Positions 24,601 through 39,600 of a stretch of DNA of 64,000 bases are shown piece by piece (within the stretch, counting starts at the first letter, position 1; every line of letters begins with the position of its first letter). The stretch covers positions 301,056 to 365,055 of the forward strand of contig NMRA01000336.1 in NCBI GenBank assembly GCA_002633005.1, written 5' to 3'. A program made the position numbers and the translations under genes. Origin of the DNA: Phoronis australis. Its lineage: Eukaryota > Animalia > Phoronida. The notes under the pieces were generated by a model. That model searched no databases. It was not told the DNA's origin and saw nothing but the letters and a program-made list of their open reading frames with translations.

Positions 24601-27600
24601 AAGATTGAAGATAAAGGACCATATGTCTTGATATACTTGGTGGATTTACAAAGTTTAACGCTGATCAGAGTTAATAATATCACATGGATTATTTGTTATA
24701 TATTCTTTCAATCTCGTTTAACTGGATTCAGGACTAGGAAACAGTTGTCCTTAACTTGTGCCCACTCTTCATTTTTTATGACTGACAAAAAACTAGAATA
24801 GTTATGTAGTCAGTGTAACTGAAATTTTCCAGGAATTCCAAATGTTCAGTTTGGCTATCACCATATTTGTACTTCCATGTATTTTTATGATTTGAGTTCT
24901 ATTAAAAATTAAACTTGAACTAATTACACGTCTAGTTTCGTTTGCTGTGAAATGTTTTGTGTAGCTGTAATCTGGGAAGTTGAGAGATGGGTTCACGATT
25001 AACTAAACTAAGTTTCTCTGGCGATCAAAATTTAGCACTGTTATTAGTACTTCAAGTTTAAAAATAAAATATAAAGATATCAACCCACTCCTGGTAAGGA
25101 AAAATAAGTATCAAAAATGAAGTAACGAAAACCAGTATGAAACATTTTTAAAACCAAATTCATTCCTTTGGGAAGTGAATTTTTGTGAAGATAAAAACAA
25201 ATTAATGTTTTGTCATATTTGTAATATTTAAAATGTACCAAGTTAAAACTGTTCTCCACAGATGCTGGCTGCAACTCCATGCAAATGCCAAAGAAAACTA
25301 GAATTGTTGACACAGTATTATTAACTATTACCTTTCCACTTCATTAGCTCAGATCTACATCACTACAAAGGGTGAGCTGAATAGGCTTCATAAAAGTTGT
25401 CTGTGGCTAAGGGAATCAGAGCAGTGGCCAGTGTAAGCCAATAGCGGATTTGCAGCGACGCCATATTGAAATTAGGTTAAAATGGTGCATTGTGGGTGCT
25501 GTGGTCAGGATTCCGAAGGCGGCCATAGTAACAAAACCATATATTAATAAAGCATAAAAATATTTCCAGGTGATCAGTGCAATGGGCCCACATGCGAGGC
25601 CTGCGCACGTCTGGTACAACGTGTATCAGACCGCCTGCAATTATTTTTTTTATAGTAACAAGCATAATACGCGGTATGAGTGCGAAGAAAACTTACAGCG
25701 GATACATTTGTTGTGTTCCTGGCTGCTTCAAAAACAACAAGAGAGATAAAAATCTGAGTTTTTATGTGTTCCCTGCAAAGTTCGTGAAAAATGGTTAAAC
25801 AACATTAGGAGAGCTAGGAGTAAGGGAGATTAGCGCATTCAAACCAACGCGGGACCATCTAGTAGGCAACACGTAGCCCCACGGTTGGACATATAGGGGC
25901 TACAATACTTCCATTCACTTTCTGTACTCATTTCGTTACTTCAGTGTATTTTTAACAGGCCGTGAGCGGATTTGGGTTACCGATTTCGAGTTTTCACCTC
26001 GTCAAAATAAATTCTACACTTAAAACTATCAATTAAAAAACGCTTACTTTCATCATTGGTCCTTTCTGCTTCTATACATATCTTTGATGAAGCTTAGTTG
26101 TGAGAATTAAGCTGACTTTGGCGAAGAATTACAACTCCACTTTTTTGGTTGCCGTTAATTTTATCACCGCGTGCGCGATAACCACAAAGCATGTCAACTG
26201 AATCACGTGAGTTAGGCAAAGATTAGCGCGAGACTGAGCGAAGCACGTTACGCTAGGGCGTGACACTTGTAAAATAGCATGAGAAGGTATCGGTTGAAAC
26301 TTGTAAGAAGTGTGTCCCTTGGACTTTTTATTCGTCAACATGCGTAATTTCACGTAACCTCCTCTAAATGGCACCCGGTAACTGAAAGAAACTCAAGCAA
26401 ACCGCGACAGATTTTCATCGATTTGTTTAAGTTTTGCTGACTAAATTGTATCCAGAGTCGTGGATTGTGTTAATTATAACTCCGTGTTCCTATATGTATG
26501 GTTCATTTGATTTTATTTGCTGTATTTTGAAATGAGTAACTTTTTGTGAGGATGTACTATCACCCCTGAATGCCTGTGGCATCCAGTGCGATGTAATTGC
26601 CTATCGTGTGCGCAGCAAACATTTTCCTGGTGGAAAAAAGATGTATGAGAACAACATTCCGACGGAGTTTCCTCTTAAAATTGACGTCTCTAGGATATCC
26701 ACGGCGAAAGCTACAAAAGTTAAGCAACCCAAGAACTCTCAACTTGTCTGAAACCCCCGGTCGGAGGAGATTTCGAAATAAACGCCGATAGCCCCAATAC
26801 TGAACATGACGACAGTCGTGCCGTCGGTCACACGGTCACTGATCATAGCTACGCTGTGTTTACAAACGAGAGAGAGGACTTGCTTGGTATTATAAAGCAA
26901 AAAAATGAAACATGGTTTTTAGTTTGCAAATCACTCCAAATGCACACACTATCCATCCTGCTGAAGACATGCTTGACCACAAGCTATCCCATGAGCCTTT
27001 GCGAAAGAAGTAACTCGCACATGCGCAATGCGTAGTTCGTTTGCGCTGCAAATCCGCTATTCTCCACATGGCTGTGTCAGTCTGTGATCGTGTGGCCAAC
27101 AGATGGAACTACCGGAAATTACATTTTAGTAGCTGTATCTGCCTGTGATCGTTTGTCCACCACGTAGGGCAGCTATTGGATGTTGGATGTCAACCACATC
27201 TTAGTAAGCTTCTCCCTTTGATAATTACATCATTTTTGGCCATAGTATGCATGCTTCTGATTCTCTCAATTCGGTAAAGTCGCGCGATTTTCGGACAATC
27301 AGTATTAATTCCCATAGAAAAAATCCATTCTCGGACGAATCTCGCGAAACATCATTTTTATGGTGTCCGAATTAGCGGACCTCCAAATTTGGGTTTCCGC
27401 TTGTGTCTGCATTTCGCAGGTGTACATTATTTCGATGAGGGGTAGCAGTATTAACATTGCCGGCTCCGCTACGATAATTGCTGCTCAAACGGTCTGCGCG
27501 ATTTATTTTTGAAAAACAGGCTTTCCTAATAAGAAATGTGCATTGTCGACGTTCAAAGAATGTTCCCGTCAAGTATTAGTTCTTCTTTTCAAAAATTTTT

Positions 27601-30600
27601 TTTTCAATACGAAATGTTGGACTTGCATTACCGATGCTCAAAAACCGTTCTCGGCAAGTGACGGAATATTCTCAAAAATCCGCTGTCTCCCTTGAAATAT
27701 CGGGCTGCGTTGTGGAACAAAGAGTGTTACCGCTTACAAACATGGTCTTTCCAATGAGTGGGTCTGGTTTGCGTTGTTGACGCACATGAAACGTTCCGGG
27801 CAACTGATGATTCTCTTTTGTAAAAATGCGTTTTCTCAATAAAAAATGTCGAGTTTGCGTTGTCAACACATAAGAGCTCCCCGATAAGCGCTTTTTTTCA
27901 ATGTGATTTCTCAATAAAAAACTGGACTTGCGTATTCGACGTACCCAGAGGGTTCCCGACCAGTAAAACGTGCGCTTTCTCAATTTTAATGAATTTTGCG
28001 TAATAGTAGTGGATGTGGGAACGAGTTCAATGAAGAAAGTGCTGAACAATTACGAGAACAGAGTATATATATTTATGTTTGTTAAAGGCTTCCATGCGTC
28101 TGCTAGTTTTGACAAACCAAAATGCAAGTTAAGTCTGGCACGTTTATTTCCATATTAACTGAAAGCTCAGTTTTAACATGAAAACGAAATTGAGCAAATA
28201 TCCAAAATAGATGACAAGCAAAATAAGTAGTTTCTCATTCACTCGTGATCCCCAGTTCGTCGCTCTGGTAGTCATCTAAATTGTTGAAGAAGCGCATCGG
28301 ACTTGGGACCACTGTCGTTCTACATGTTTAGGCCTACTGCAAATGATGGTAATGTGTCGACTCATACAGTGCTGTGGGGCTGAAGACTTAATTAACTAAC
28401 ATATTGCATATAGAAGGGCGCGGTCTAGAAAGCGAATGCAATTTCAAATCCTACCAACATCAAATTCACCCATCCTTTGAAACGTCCAATGTTAACTCAG
28501 TGATACACTGGCGCGTCTTCATGCATCTGAGGTGACCTAACACATCAGCGTTCGCTTACGTATTAAACCACAGGCTGAACTGCCGACACTAAAAACTCGT
28601 GTGAAATATGTTTTTGGGTGAAATTAAACTGATAATCTGGTTGGAAGATAACAGGGCCATTGTCATCAGTTAAGCGCCGTCCATGGTCGTCGTCAATTTC
28701 CCGCAGCTCTCCCTCAGTCACTACTAATTTGCGCCCTCAGCCTCCTGCTGCACACCAATGTCGATTTAGTGCCATTTAATTCTTCGGGTGTCGTCTAGGT
28801 GCCCCCCTCCCCCCTCCCAATACCGTGGTTGCCCTCCCCAGCAGATCATGACTGTTAGAAGAATAGACTAGTGATGACCTGAAAAGAAAAATGAAAACAT
28901 TTTGGGACAGCGTGAACTCATAAAGGATGTAAACCAGGCAATTCAAGAAGCGGTCTACTTTTTATACATTTAATTTTCCATTTCTTCTTTATTGTGTACA
29001 GAATCAATTACACTCCCTCTATGTCGACCGTTTTCATTTCATTGCGTCATATATTCACTGTAGTTACGGACAGTGGTTCCCATAGTTCTTCCAACAGTGT
29101 CGTCGGGAGTTTTTAGCCACTGACAAGGGCATTTGCAAAGGACAGGACGTTTTAAAGATAAAAAGTTTTGTAAACACGCAAGTTGCTGGTAACGCATCAC
29201 CTCGGGTGAAAGTAGAACAATAATAATTAGCAATGTAACAGTCATCACTTTTGAATCAAGCATAATTAAACACACTAACATCTGAAATGCCCCTAAAACT
29301 ATCTTAGGTAATACAAAAAGCATGGTCTGTAGTTTAAGATCACGTTTCTTTTTTGTCTCAAAACTATCAACTGAAGGTGGTGACATGGACTTGAAGGCAA
29401 TTAAGGTCCTGTGGAAAGTAGATCTGGAACTCCGGGTCGGAAACACCTGTCAGGTTCCCTTTGAGGACCACATGAAGCAACGACTACCAAATCTGATTCA
29501 ACTGACTTGTCATTTTTTGAAATTGGTTGAGGATTTTCTTAGTCGCCGCAGACAGAGAGTGCCACAGGGTCCTGGTGTCCTTGTCCGGATTCATCTTAAT
29601 CTCAGGACACCATGGAATCCAGGTTGTTGTACCTCAGACAGTACAAGGCGCGAATTAACATGACCACAAGTACACAGACCAATGGATGAGCAAGCAAAAT
29701 TGGGTCGCCGCAAGTTCAGTCTTTCTTAGGTCTACATAGGGGTAAAGCTCTTAATAGGACGTCGCTCAAGCAAGAATTCATGAAACTTCGTGATATATTG
29801 CGTATTTTAATTGAAAACACATGATTTTGGCTAGATTTTTCTATTCCCAAGACTGCTGCTGAATTCTACCATAGCCTGCGTCCATGGGCGCAAGGGTGAG
29901 AATTTCACGAGTACGCTAGACTGAAGACTTCAACACGTATGGTCAGGTATTGCAAGCGAAGCACACGCTGGATCACACTAGCTTCTTTAGCGAGATTCTT
30001 GCATCTGCGAGGCTTATCAGAGAGCAACAGGGAATTTGTAAGTGTAGTGAAGAGTGGTTATGTGGATGGCTTCTTTACACTATTATTCCAATACCATCTA
30101 CATCATTATTAGATTTTGCACTTCCTATTATTTCCATCTACCGTTACTAGATTTTACGCAAATTTGTAATCAATGTTATTATTCCAGTCTATATTATTAT
30201 TAATTTTCCACAAATTTCCCGCCTATACCGTTATTCCTTAGAATTTGCTGTTTTGCATTATTCCTTTCTATATCATTAGATTTTACCTAAATTTGTAATC
30301 AATATTATTATTCCAGTCCATACTATGTTTAAATTTCCACAAATTTGCCGTCATTACCATTATTCCATTCTATACTATTACTAATTTTTTCCGACAAATT
30401 TCCAGTCTATACTATTATTCTACTTTTCTAGTTGCAAAAATATTGGGTCTATACTATTATTAGAGTCTCTACTATTATCAAAAATCGTGAAATTTTCCTG
30501 TCTATAGTATTATTGATGTCTCTACTACTATTCGGAACTCCAGAGTACCTAATCTTCAAAGGCTGGCCATGAATTGGGTAGGGAACACGTAGGCCCTTGG

Positions 30601-33600
30601 ATGATTGGTAAGGGGCTACAATACTTCCCATCGTTTTCCATATTAATTTCCTGTGTATTTTAAACGGCGAAATCCGCTCACTGATTGAGAGTTTTCACCT
30701 TGTCAAAAAAATACTCTGCACTTAAAATAATCACTTAAGAAATGCTTATTTTCTTTAGTGATCCTTTCTGCTTCTACATACTATTATATATCTTTGATGA
30801 AGCGTAGCTACGAGAATTAGGATGACTTGGCGAAGAATTGCAGGTCCATTTTTTTTAGTCACCGTTAACTATTTCATCGCGTGCTCGCGATTACCCCAAA
30901 GTATTTCAAATGAGTCCTGTGAGTTAGACAAATGCTAGCAAGAGACTGTGTGTGCAAAAGGCCTGACACTAGCGCGTGAAGCAAACTAGCATGGGAAGAT
31001 ATCCAGGTGAAATTTGTAAGATTTGTGTCCCTTGGAGTTTGGTTCGTCAACAAGCCTGATTTCGCGTAGCTTCCTCAAAATGGCACCTGGATGAGAGAAA
31101 CTCGAGCGAAACTTAGATAGTTTTTCATGAATATGTTCAAGTAGTGTTGACTAAATTGTATCCAGAGTCATGTTATGTGTTAATTATAAGTCCATGTGCA
31201 TAATGCATGTTTCATTCTATTTATTTGCTCTATTTTGAAATGAGTAGCTTTTGTGGGGATGTACTATCGCCCATGTATGCCTATGGCATTCAGGGCGATG
31301 TAATTGCCTATGAGTTCAGTGACTGTCAGAAAATCAAGATGCTCATCTCAAAGTCCACAGTCACTCTTTTTTAAATTGTGTGCTTTTCAGAAATCATTTG
31401 TCCATTTATTATTCACATTGTGAAAGACAAATTTGCTGCAAAACACAGATAAAAAGTCACTTTTTGGCAGATGTCCCCTGCTGTTCACCTAGTCTTATAA
31501 AAGTAAGTCAGAAATTCTATACTGCCAATAAAATTTTGTTTTTGTTCCGCAGAAGATACACTCACTAAAATCTTTTGGGGACACATGATGTATATGTGGA
31601 TACTCTTTAATCTAGTTTGAGTGATATGAATGAGGAACTCCATGTACTCTCTTTGTTCACTCAAAGCCTTATGTGGGATTGTGTGGTCATAGCATGCGCT
31701 TGGAATGTCCGCTGAACATGTGCTTAAAACATACTGAGTCATTGTCAGTTTTGTAGCCCTTCATTTAATTTAGCACATTAGACAATGAAGTAAACATAAA
31801 CATTCCTTTTAGTCCTAGTACACCGTGTCTCGCCAATGAATAGTGTGACGTCTCCATACCTAACCCCTTATCTGCATACAGACCACTAAGCTAGTATGAT
31901 GTTTGCATACTGTCCCACTTAGCTAGTATGTTGTTTGTATACCTAACCATACTGAACAAGTTTTTATTTATTTATGTTATTATTGTGATATTTAAAATGA
32001 GGGTGACCTCTTCAGTGATAGCACTGCTTTCCAAGAGGGCCCTCAACAAAAAAAAAACAGTAATATTATACAATGAAGTAATAAAAAGCAACAATGAAAT
32101 ATATGTAATAAAGATACAATTAATACAGGTTGAGAATTAAGACAATAACTAAATGACCAATAATGGTAAAATGTTAACTAAGACTGATGAAATAAATTAA
32201 GAGATGATTCTAGACAGTGAGAGTATTTACGACAATGAAAAAATGACATGATTAAGACAGGCAGGGTATAAAAGGTCAAGTAAATTACAGCCACTTTTTA
32301 ATATTTACTTATAAGGTAGTAATTGAATTGGACTGTTTAATTTCTGGGCTAAAAGATTTCCATATTATAGCAGCTGCATAGATAAAAGATCTCTTGCCCG
32401 TCTCGGTTTTAATTTTTTTAGAATAACCATTGCCAGAAGAACGTGTAGAATATACAGCCTGGCTGCTATTGAATTTACTGCTGAGATATGCTAGAGCCAA
32501 GCCATTGATACATCTGTACATACAACAGGCAGAGAGATATTTATTTCTTTGTCTTATTTTCATAAATCCCAGCTTGGAATACAAGTCGTCAACCCTAGTG
32601 TCCCTAATTTTAGTACCCAGGATAGCCCTGGCGGCTCTATTTTGGATTACTTAGACTTTGCTGACAAGTGTGTCACTAGTGTGCCCCCAAACCAGTAAAC
32701 AATAATCAACATGAGGCTGAATAATAGAATAGTAAAGGGTCTTAAGAGTACTGACTAGGCGTTTAAGTACACCGATTTTCTTAGATAATTTCTTTGTGAT
32801 ATGATCTATGTGCATATTAAATTTAAGATTGGGATCTAAAGTAAGGCCCAAGTACTTAAACTTGTCAACATTCTCGATGGGAGAACCGTTGGTAGAAAGG
32901 GATAGTTTTTGTTGTTTTAATTTCTGGTGGGTTCCAAACAGCATCGACTTGGTTTTACTAACGTTAAGAGTGAGTTTATTTTGAATCAGCCAGTCATGGA
33001 TAAGGGCTAGCTCATCGTTGAGAGAAGTTTCGAGTTCTTTTACCGATCCAGCTGTGGACATAATTGCAGTGTCATCAGCATATAAAACTGGGACACTGTT
33101 GTGGAGGACAGTAGGGAGGTCGTTTACAAAAATATTGAATAATAGAGGGCCCAAAATGGAACCCTGAGGTACCCCCATGATTACTGTTGAGTAGTCAGAC
33201 AGTATACCACCGTATTTGGTGGCCTGTTTACTGTCGTATAAGTAGTTTCTAAACCAAAGGAGTTTGTTATCATTAACTCCATAAGACTCTAGTTTCTGCA
33301 ATAGGATACCATGGTCCACAGTGTCAAAGGCTTTCTTAAGGTCAACAAAGACAGCACCAGTTAGCCTCCCCTGATCCATATTATTAAAGATAAACTCAGT
33401 AGCATGAATGTTTGTAGTAAGAATGCAAGGGGCGGAAACCAGACTGTGCTGCCGAGAGAAGGGAATTTTGCTCCAGGAACTGGTGAAGCTGCTTTTGAAC
33501 ACACCTTTCAAGAATTTTGGACACTGCAGGGAGGACCGATATTGGTATATAATTTTCGCAACTTGACTTTTCACCATCTTTAAAAACAGGAGTAACAACT

Positions 33601-36600
33601 GCCATCTTCCATTCCCTAGGAATTGTGGCCGTTTTTAAACTTAAATTCATGATATTGGTAAGGGGCTCAGCTATTTGTTGAGATGCCAGTTTTCATAGTT
33701 TGGCATCAATGCTATCGATGCCAATGGCACCACTAGAGTTCAGAGTTTTTATTTGTTCTCGGACGTAGTCAACTTGAATGTCTTGAAACTTAAATGATAT
33801 TCCCTCTTGTATCTTGGGCGGGAGCTCAATAGTTGACATACTGAAATTCTCAGCAAGTTTTTGGCCAATGCCAGTAAAAAAGTCATTAAATGCATTTGCT
33901 ATTTTACTTTTGTCCGAAACAAAATCGTTTCCAATTAGAAATTTATTTGCGACAGACTTGGACTTGTTAGGTAAAATTGATTTGACGAGTGCAATGATTA
34001 TATATATTGTCCAACTTCACTAATGTTTTGATACTGAACCACTTAGCTACAGTAGTATGATATTTGCATTCCGGCCCACTTAGTATGATGTTCGAATGCT
34101 GACCCCTTTTCCCACTAACCACAGCTTGATGTATATTTGTTTCCTAATCTGCTTAGCTTGTGTTATGTTTGTGGACCGACCCACTTGCCTAGTATGCTGT
34201 TTGCACTCTGAATCGTATATTAGTTTTTGATATGTGTTTTAGTACAGAGCAAAGTATTTTGCGGGCGAATGGGCACTTACTCAACATAAGACAGGGATGC
34301 AATGTCTCTGTAACAATTATTGCGTGTGTAACATGCACCGTTTGTGCTGGGCTTTGTACTGCTAAATACCCAACGGCGTTCTTACACAAATGAGCACTAC
34401 CAAGAAGACAACAAAAGACGTTTGAACTGCATACAGACTTTTAATGAAAAATTTTCGTTTCAACCCAAAAATTGAGTTGTCAGAAGCACTGAATATTGTA
34501 TGAAGTCAATGGTGACTCATTCCTTCCTAACTGTATCACTCAAAATTATTAAGCAAGCCCAGAACGGCTACACGAAGATTGCAATCATTCGCCGGGATGC
34601 AGCTAAGTGGCAGCAAAACTTATTGTCCGACGATAGTTAATCGAATGAAGAGGAAGAAGCATAAAAATTCCTGTGCACGACGCAGCATCCGTCGGTCGGG
34701 CTCACGTGGTGTGCGACTTAATTATGTTTGCTTAGTGCAATCAGCTTTATTTAGGCTCCGTTTCATTTGGCTGCTGCTGTTCACTATCTACACAACTTTG
34801 AACGCGCGATATCCCGACTTGTCTGTATTGTGTATGGGGGCCTAAACAAAAATATTTCTCATTGCGTCGAGGATAAAATCGGGACACGTCGTCCGGGGGG
34901 GGAGATTTTAGCCACTGACGAGGGCATTTGCAAAGGCCAGGACGTTTTAAAAATAAAAGTGTTTCCTAAACACGCCAGTTGATGTCAGGCGTGCAATTTC
35001 AGTGTCACAGTCAGAAGTCAAACAGCACAGTCTAATTAAACCAGAGCACATGTTACGCTACAACGAGAAGTTGCAGCCTGCGATGTTATTTTCCCATTTG
35101 TATTTTCATCAGAAATTTTTGTCATGCGGGACGCGGTGATTCTTTTCATAGATAAAGCGTCAAACACAAGCTAAACGCAAGACAATCGAGTAATGGTCGT
35201 GACATCGTTATACCGATTCTCGCATTCAAGCCTTATAGAGTAGTAACCATCCGTTGAACGCTTTAGTGATAGTAGAGTTGCTTCAATCCCAAATTAGTGT
35301 TTCTAAAATTTTCCTTCTCCGAAAGTCACGGGACAAAAATCCGATGTTTATGGTATTGTCCGAAATTCGAGGATCATTGGAAAACAGTTTTTGGGCCTTG
35401 TACGAATTTCGTGGACTATGAAAAACTCATTTCTGAAATATTTATTCTTGTTCGGAAATGGCGGGCCGTCCGAAAATCGCGCGACTTTACTGTACCTGTT
35501 ATTTAGTGAATTCCTGCAAGTGACGTTATCTGCCTGCCTGCGGGTGGCGTGGCGATTAGTGGGAATAGTTGATTAGTTGAAGTGTGTTCTATGTTGCTCA
35601 AGTGGTGACCCCGTTGCTGACGTCATTTTTTGTTATCAGCCTGTTAGGACTATGTTCTTGAAAATGGTAATTATAATCCTTGTAGATGAGAAAATCCGTA
35701 TTTGTATGCTCGTTTATGTGTCAAAATAAAGACTTATCTCCCTTGTCATGCATACTCGGGGAATTCCCTGTCAATGGAATCCCCTAGTATAGAATCGCGA
35801 CGAATGCGAACGATATTGGAGTACCTGTAGTATTAATTGAAGCAATTTTATAACGAAAACCATCATTGAAACGGTTTAGTTATCACTAACTGAACATAAA
35901 AGGTTCACTGTACGATTAAAATAAAACTAGCAGAAGCACAGTTGACAAGTCAACTAATTGCGCTTTTGACATTCCCACACTGAACTGCAATTTGTTTGCT
36001 AATATTACCCCTGTAGTTCACCAAACTTTAGTAGATCTTTGTTGTGCACTAACAGTGGCGGATCTAGGATACCATAAGGGGGGCCCAACATGCTGCCTCG
36101 GAGAATTGGGCAAAGCGCGATTGTATGCACAGCCGCCCCGAAAGTTGCGGGGGCCGACGATGTGACTGACCTAGTGGTCCTCCCCAAAAAAAGGCAACCC
36201 GATTCCGCTGCGCTCCAGGGTTTCCTGTTCCTTGTTGGTGAACTCAATATTTCTTCACGCTTCACGCTGTTGCTATTTAATTTTGCTTGCATCAGCCAGG
36301 GGGGTCCCCTGGCCCCCCCCCCCCCTAAATCTGCTTATGACTAATTACAATACCAGAACAACAATTTTTTGCGAGACATTAATGATGTAATTGATACTGA
36401 TGATGAAGAAACTAGTGGTGACGTTTTGTAGTGCTGTTCCAGTGGCGGATCAGGGATCAGAATGGGGGCTCCAACATATGTTGCCTCGGGGAATTAGGCA
36501 GAGCGCGGTTGTATGTGTACAGGCATCCCGAAAGTTACGGGGGCCCGGAGTATGAAGCTTCTGTTCAGGAAATCTATCGACTAAACAATTTTTAAAAATA

Positions 36601-39600
36601 AAAAAAAAAAACGGTTACAAGAGCCCGCCACGATCTGGGGTCTGAGCCCCCCCCTTTCTCCAGTACCGGTCCTAGTTATATTTCCTCACATGTCGCGCTG
36701 TTGCTGTTTCATTTTGCTTGTGGCAGCCCTTGCCCCCCCCCCAAGTTCGCCTATGTGTTCCTATTAGTGACATAATTAAAGGAAATTATCAAGCAGTGTA
36801 TGCTAACCCTGAGGCTCTGGCATCAACAAGTGATGGTGTGAAACGCTTGCAAAACAAGGAATTAGCTTCCAAAACAAGGAATTAGCTTACAAAGTGGCAA
36901 TTCTGGTAATCAACGAAGGACACATTGTTTTAGAATGGTGAGTTTAATGCAGGTAAAAAATACTTTCAATAACATCTATTTGTATCACAACACTGAGGTT
37001 TCACAGCACCAATTTTCATGCCTTTTCTAATACCCAGAAATTCCAAATCTGGAAGTTTTACGGAAATCTGGGAAAGTCCAAAAATAATCAAAAACATAAA
37101 TTCGTTCAATGCAGATGCACTAAATAAAAAATGCCTCCCAAGAGACACAGCAACCTGGAATTAACAAGGAACCCAGCAGCTGCCTTTTAGGTCACCCTGA
37201 AGTAAAAAAATTGGGACAGAGTCGGAAATCCACATCTTAAAATAAGATTTTCATGGGTGATTTTACTGTCAAAATTGCCCTTTAATTTTTGATTTTTGAT
37301 AGAGTAACACCATCAGTGATAGTGTTATCAAAGCAACAAATGTGCAGAGAACATCATGTAGGCATCCATTCTTAACCTTAACTATATATAGGAAATCCAA
37401 AATCTATAACATTTTAAATGTTTATGTAAAAGTAATCCTGTATTATACATTGACGTTAGATGCTAAAGACACAATTGTAACATTTCATTATCTTGTTAAA
37501 CCATTTATTTTTTCCAAAACATATGTAAACAATAACATTTTATCTCATGGCCCAAGTTCCCTTGGTATGTATCTATCCAACCAATAAAAATATTCTTTGA
37601 TCAAAACCCCCTTAAGCATATTAAGCACTGAGATCATTCAGTGACTAACTCACTATGCAACTGATTTTAACAACACACACACACACATCATTTCTTGTGA
37701 AAAAAACACTCATAGCTTAAATATCAGAAAGTCCCTCATGATTTTTAAATCGAAAGCATTGTGTCATGACTCTTTAACCACACGGGTACTGCCACTATTA
37801 TCTGCTTCAGAGTCATTAACTGAAATGGACTATTGATATCTGTTGTCACTTATGATTTCTACCTTTCGTCACTGACATTTTTAAAGCTAGTGTAAACTAC
37901 CACACCATCACTAAAGATCAAAAACTAAACAATAAATTGTCATCACATTTACAACCTTTTTTTCTTTAAGCAGATCCTCTTATAAACAAGAACAGACATC
38001 CATCAGTTTTACAACTAACTACACACTGAATTTCAAAAATTGATTACGCAAAAATTCTCTAGTTTGGGACACTGAATAAGTATTTTGATCAAAGTAGGAG
38101 CTTGTCCCAGTTTTTAGAAATTCACACAACTGTCTGTCAGAAATTCAAGGGGAATGGTAACAATTTATTAAATGTTTGTCATGATAGTCACTTTTTATGA
38201 ACTTAAAGGAGTATTCTTGCAACCTGTTATGCTACAACATAGCGTTAGGAATTTGAAAAGTACGAAAATATACAAATCAGTCACACCTCAAACTTCAGGA
38301 TGAAAAAATTAAATTTCAGCCATGATTTCTGTGTTCTGAATTTAGGAGGCTGTCTCAATCTGGAAAATTTTTAATGTAATATATCACCGATCTAATTAAT
38401 ATCATCAACTGTGTCACCTTTGCTAAAAATATTAGTTAAAAACAATTATAAGCCATAAATGTGAGCCATCCGAAAAGTATTCAAACATACACCCTTGCCC
38501 GCATGATGGCGAATGCATGCAGCAGTCAGTAACCTCTGTATAGCACAGAGTTGAGGGTTTTTGGCAAACATCTACATGTATTCCATACCTTATGGCTACA
38601 GTGAATTCATTCTTAGTCATACCAATATGCAGTGAATGACACATAGTAAAAGAAGTGATAGCCCATTTGTCATCCAGGTTCCTCATGGGAAGTCTAAGCA
38701 CACTTTTTCTGATCATCCAAAGATGTACTGATTTTAAACAACAGTTTCTGATCAAGTTGCTCAGTTGAATCTTTAGACATGTTTGACAGGAAAGGGTTGG
38801 ATTGTTGATAATCCTCAGATACTGAATACCCATGGTCAACCAACTCTTTGCTCCTGTTGGCTTCTTAGAAACAGACTGCAAATCAATCCATTAGTACATG
38901 TTTCTGTCTATCTTTAGACTAAGCAATGAGATTGCTGACATCCATTCTTGCTGATTTCTGCAGCTGTGTGAGTTTTGAACAAAACGAAAGGCCAATTAGA
39001 GACGGTGGTCACTGTCTAATCCACTTAATAATAGGAATGTTATTCAGTTGTTACATTGGCGTCAACTTTTTTCGACCATGTCCTTGTCCTGTTGTTCGTT
39101 TCCCATTTTTTCCCAACAACACGTGTATTCGCGTGGTCAAGTCTAGACATTTGCAGGGGCGGATCCAAGATTTTTTTTTAGGGGCGGCAGGGCAGAGCAT
39201 TAGCCAAGATTTTGCCCGTCAGATGGCACACCCCCGAACTGCCAAATGGAATCTGGGAGAGTTTTAGGTGGGGGGGGGCATGGCCCGCTTGGCCCCCCTC
39301 TAAATCTGCCACTGATTTGCTGACACTGGCACTGGTCTGGTGTGTTCCAGGCTGGCTTAAACACTAACAGTCTGACTCTGTGAGGTATAACTAGTGAACC
39401 TGCACTGAAGTTATTACAACATGTTGATAGCGTCATTCTCAAAACCAGGGAACATTATATCCGACTTGTTTCCAAAGTAGTTAGGTGTGATAAAACTGAA
39501 CTCGAAGTCCAAGTGGCCACAGTCACACAGTGATGTGTTGAAAATCAATTAACCTTCAATTTAGATCCCTTTTAACTCGCTCATCATGCAAATACAACCG

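Larger units (their letters stand above)
35650..36930 (+). repeat. Dispersed repeat (sister of 18690-19520) carrying two MITE insertions
   Basis: Filled versus empty site comparison with the sister copy. Confidence 0.85.

Noticed and set aside
29039-29663. Overlapping 113-135 aa ORFs
   Set aside because: No identifiable protein family; probably decayed repeat
38432-38881. 149-aa minus-strand ORF with plausible splice sites
   Set aside because: No recognisable domain and no connecting exons
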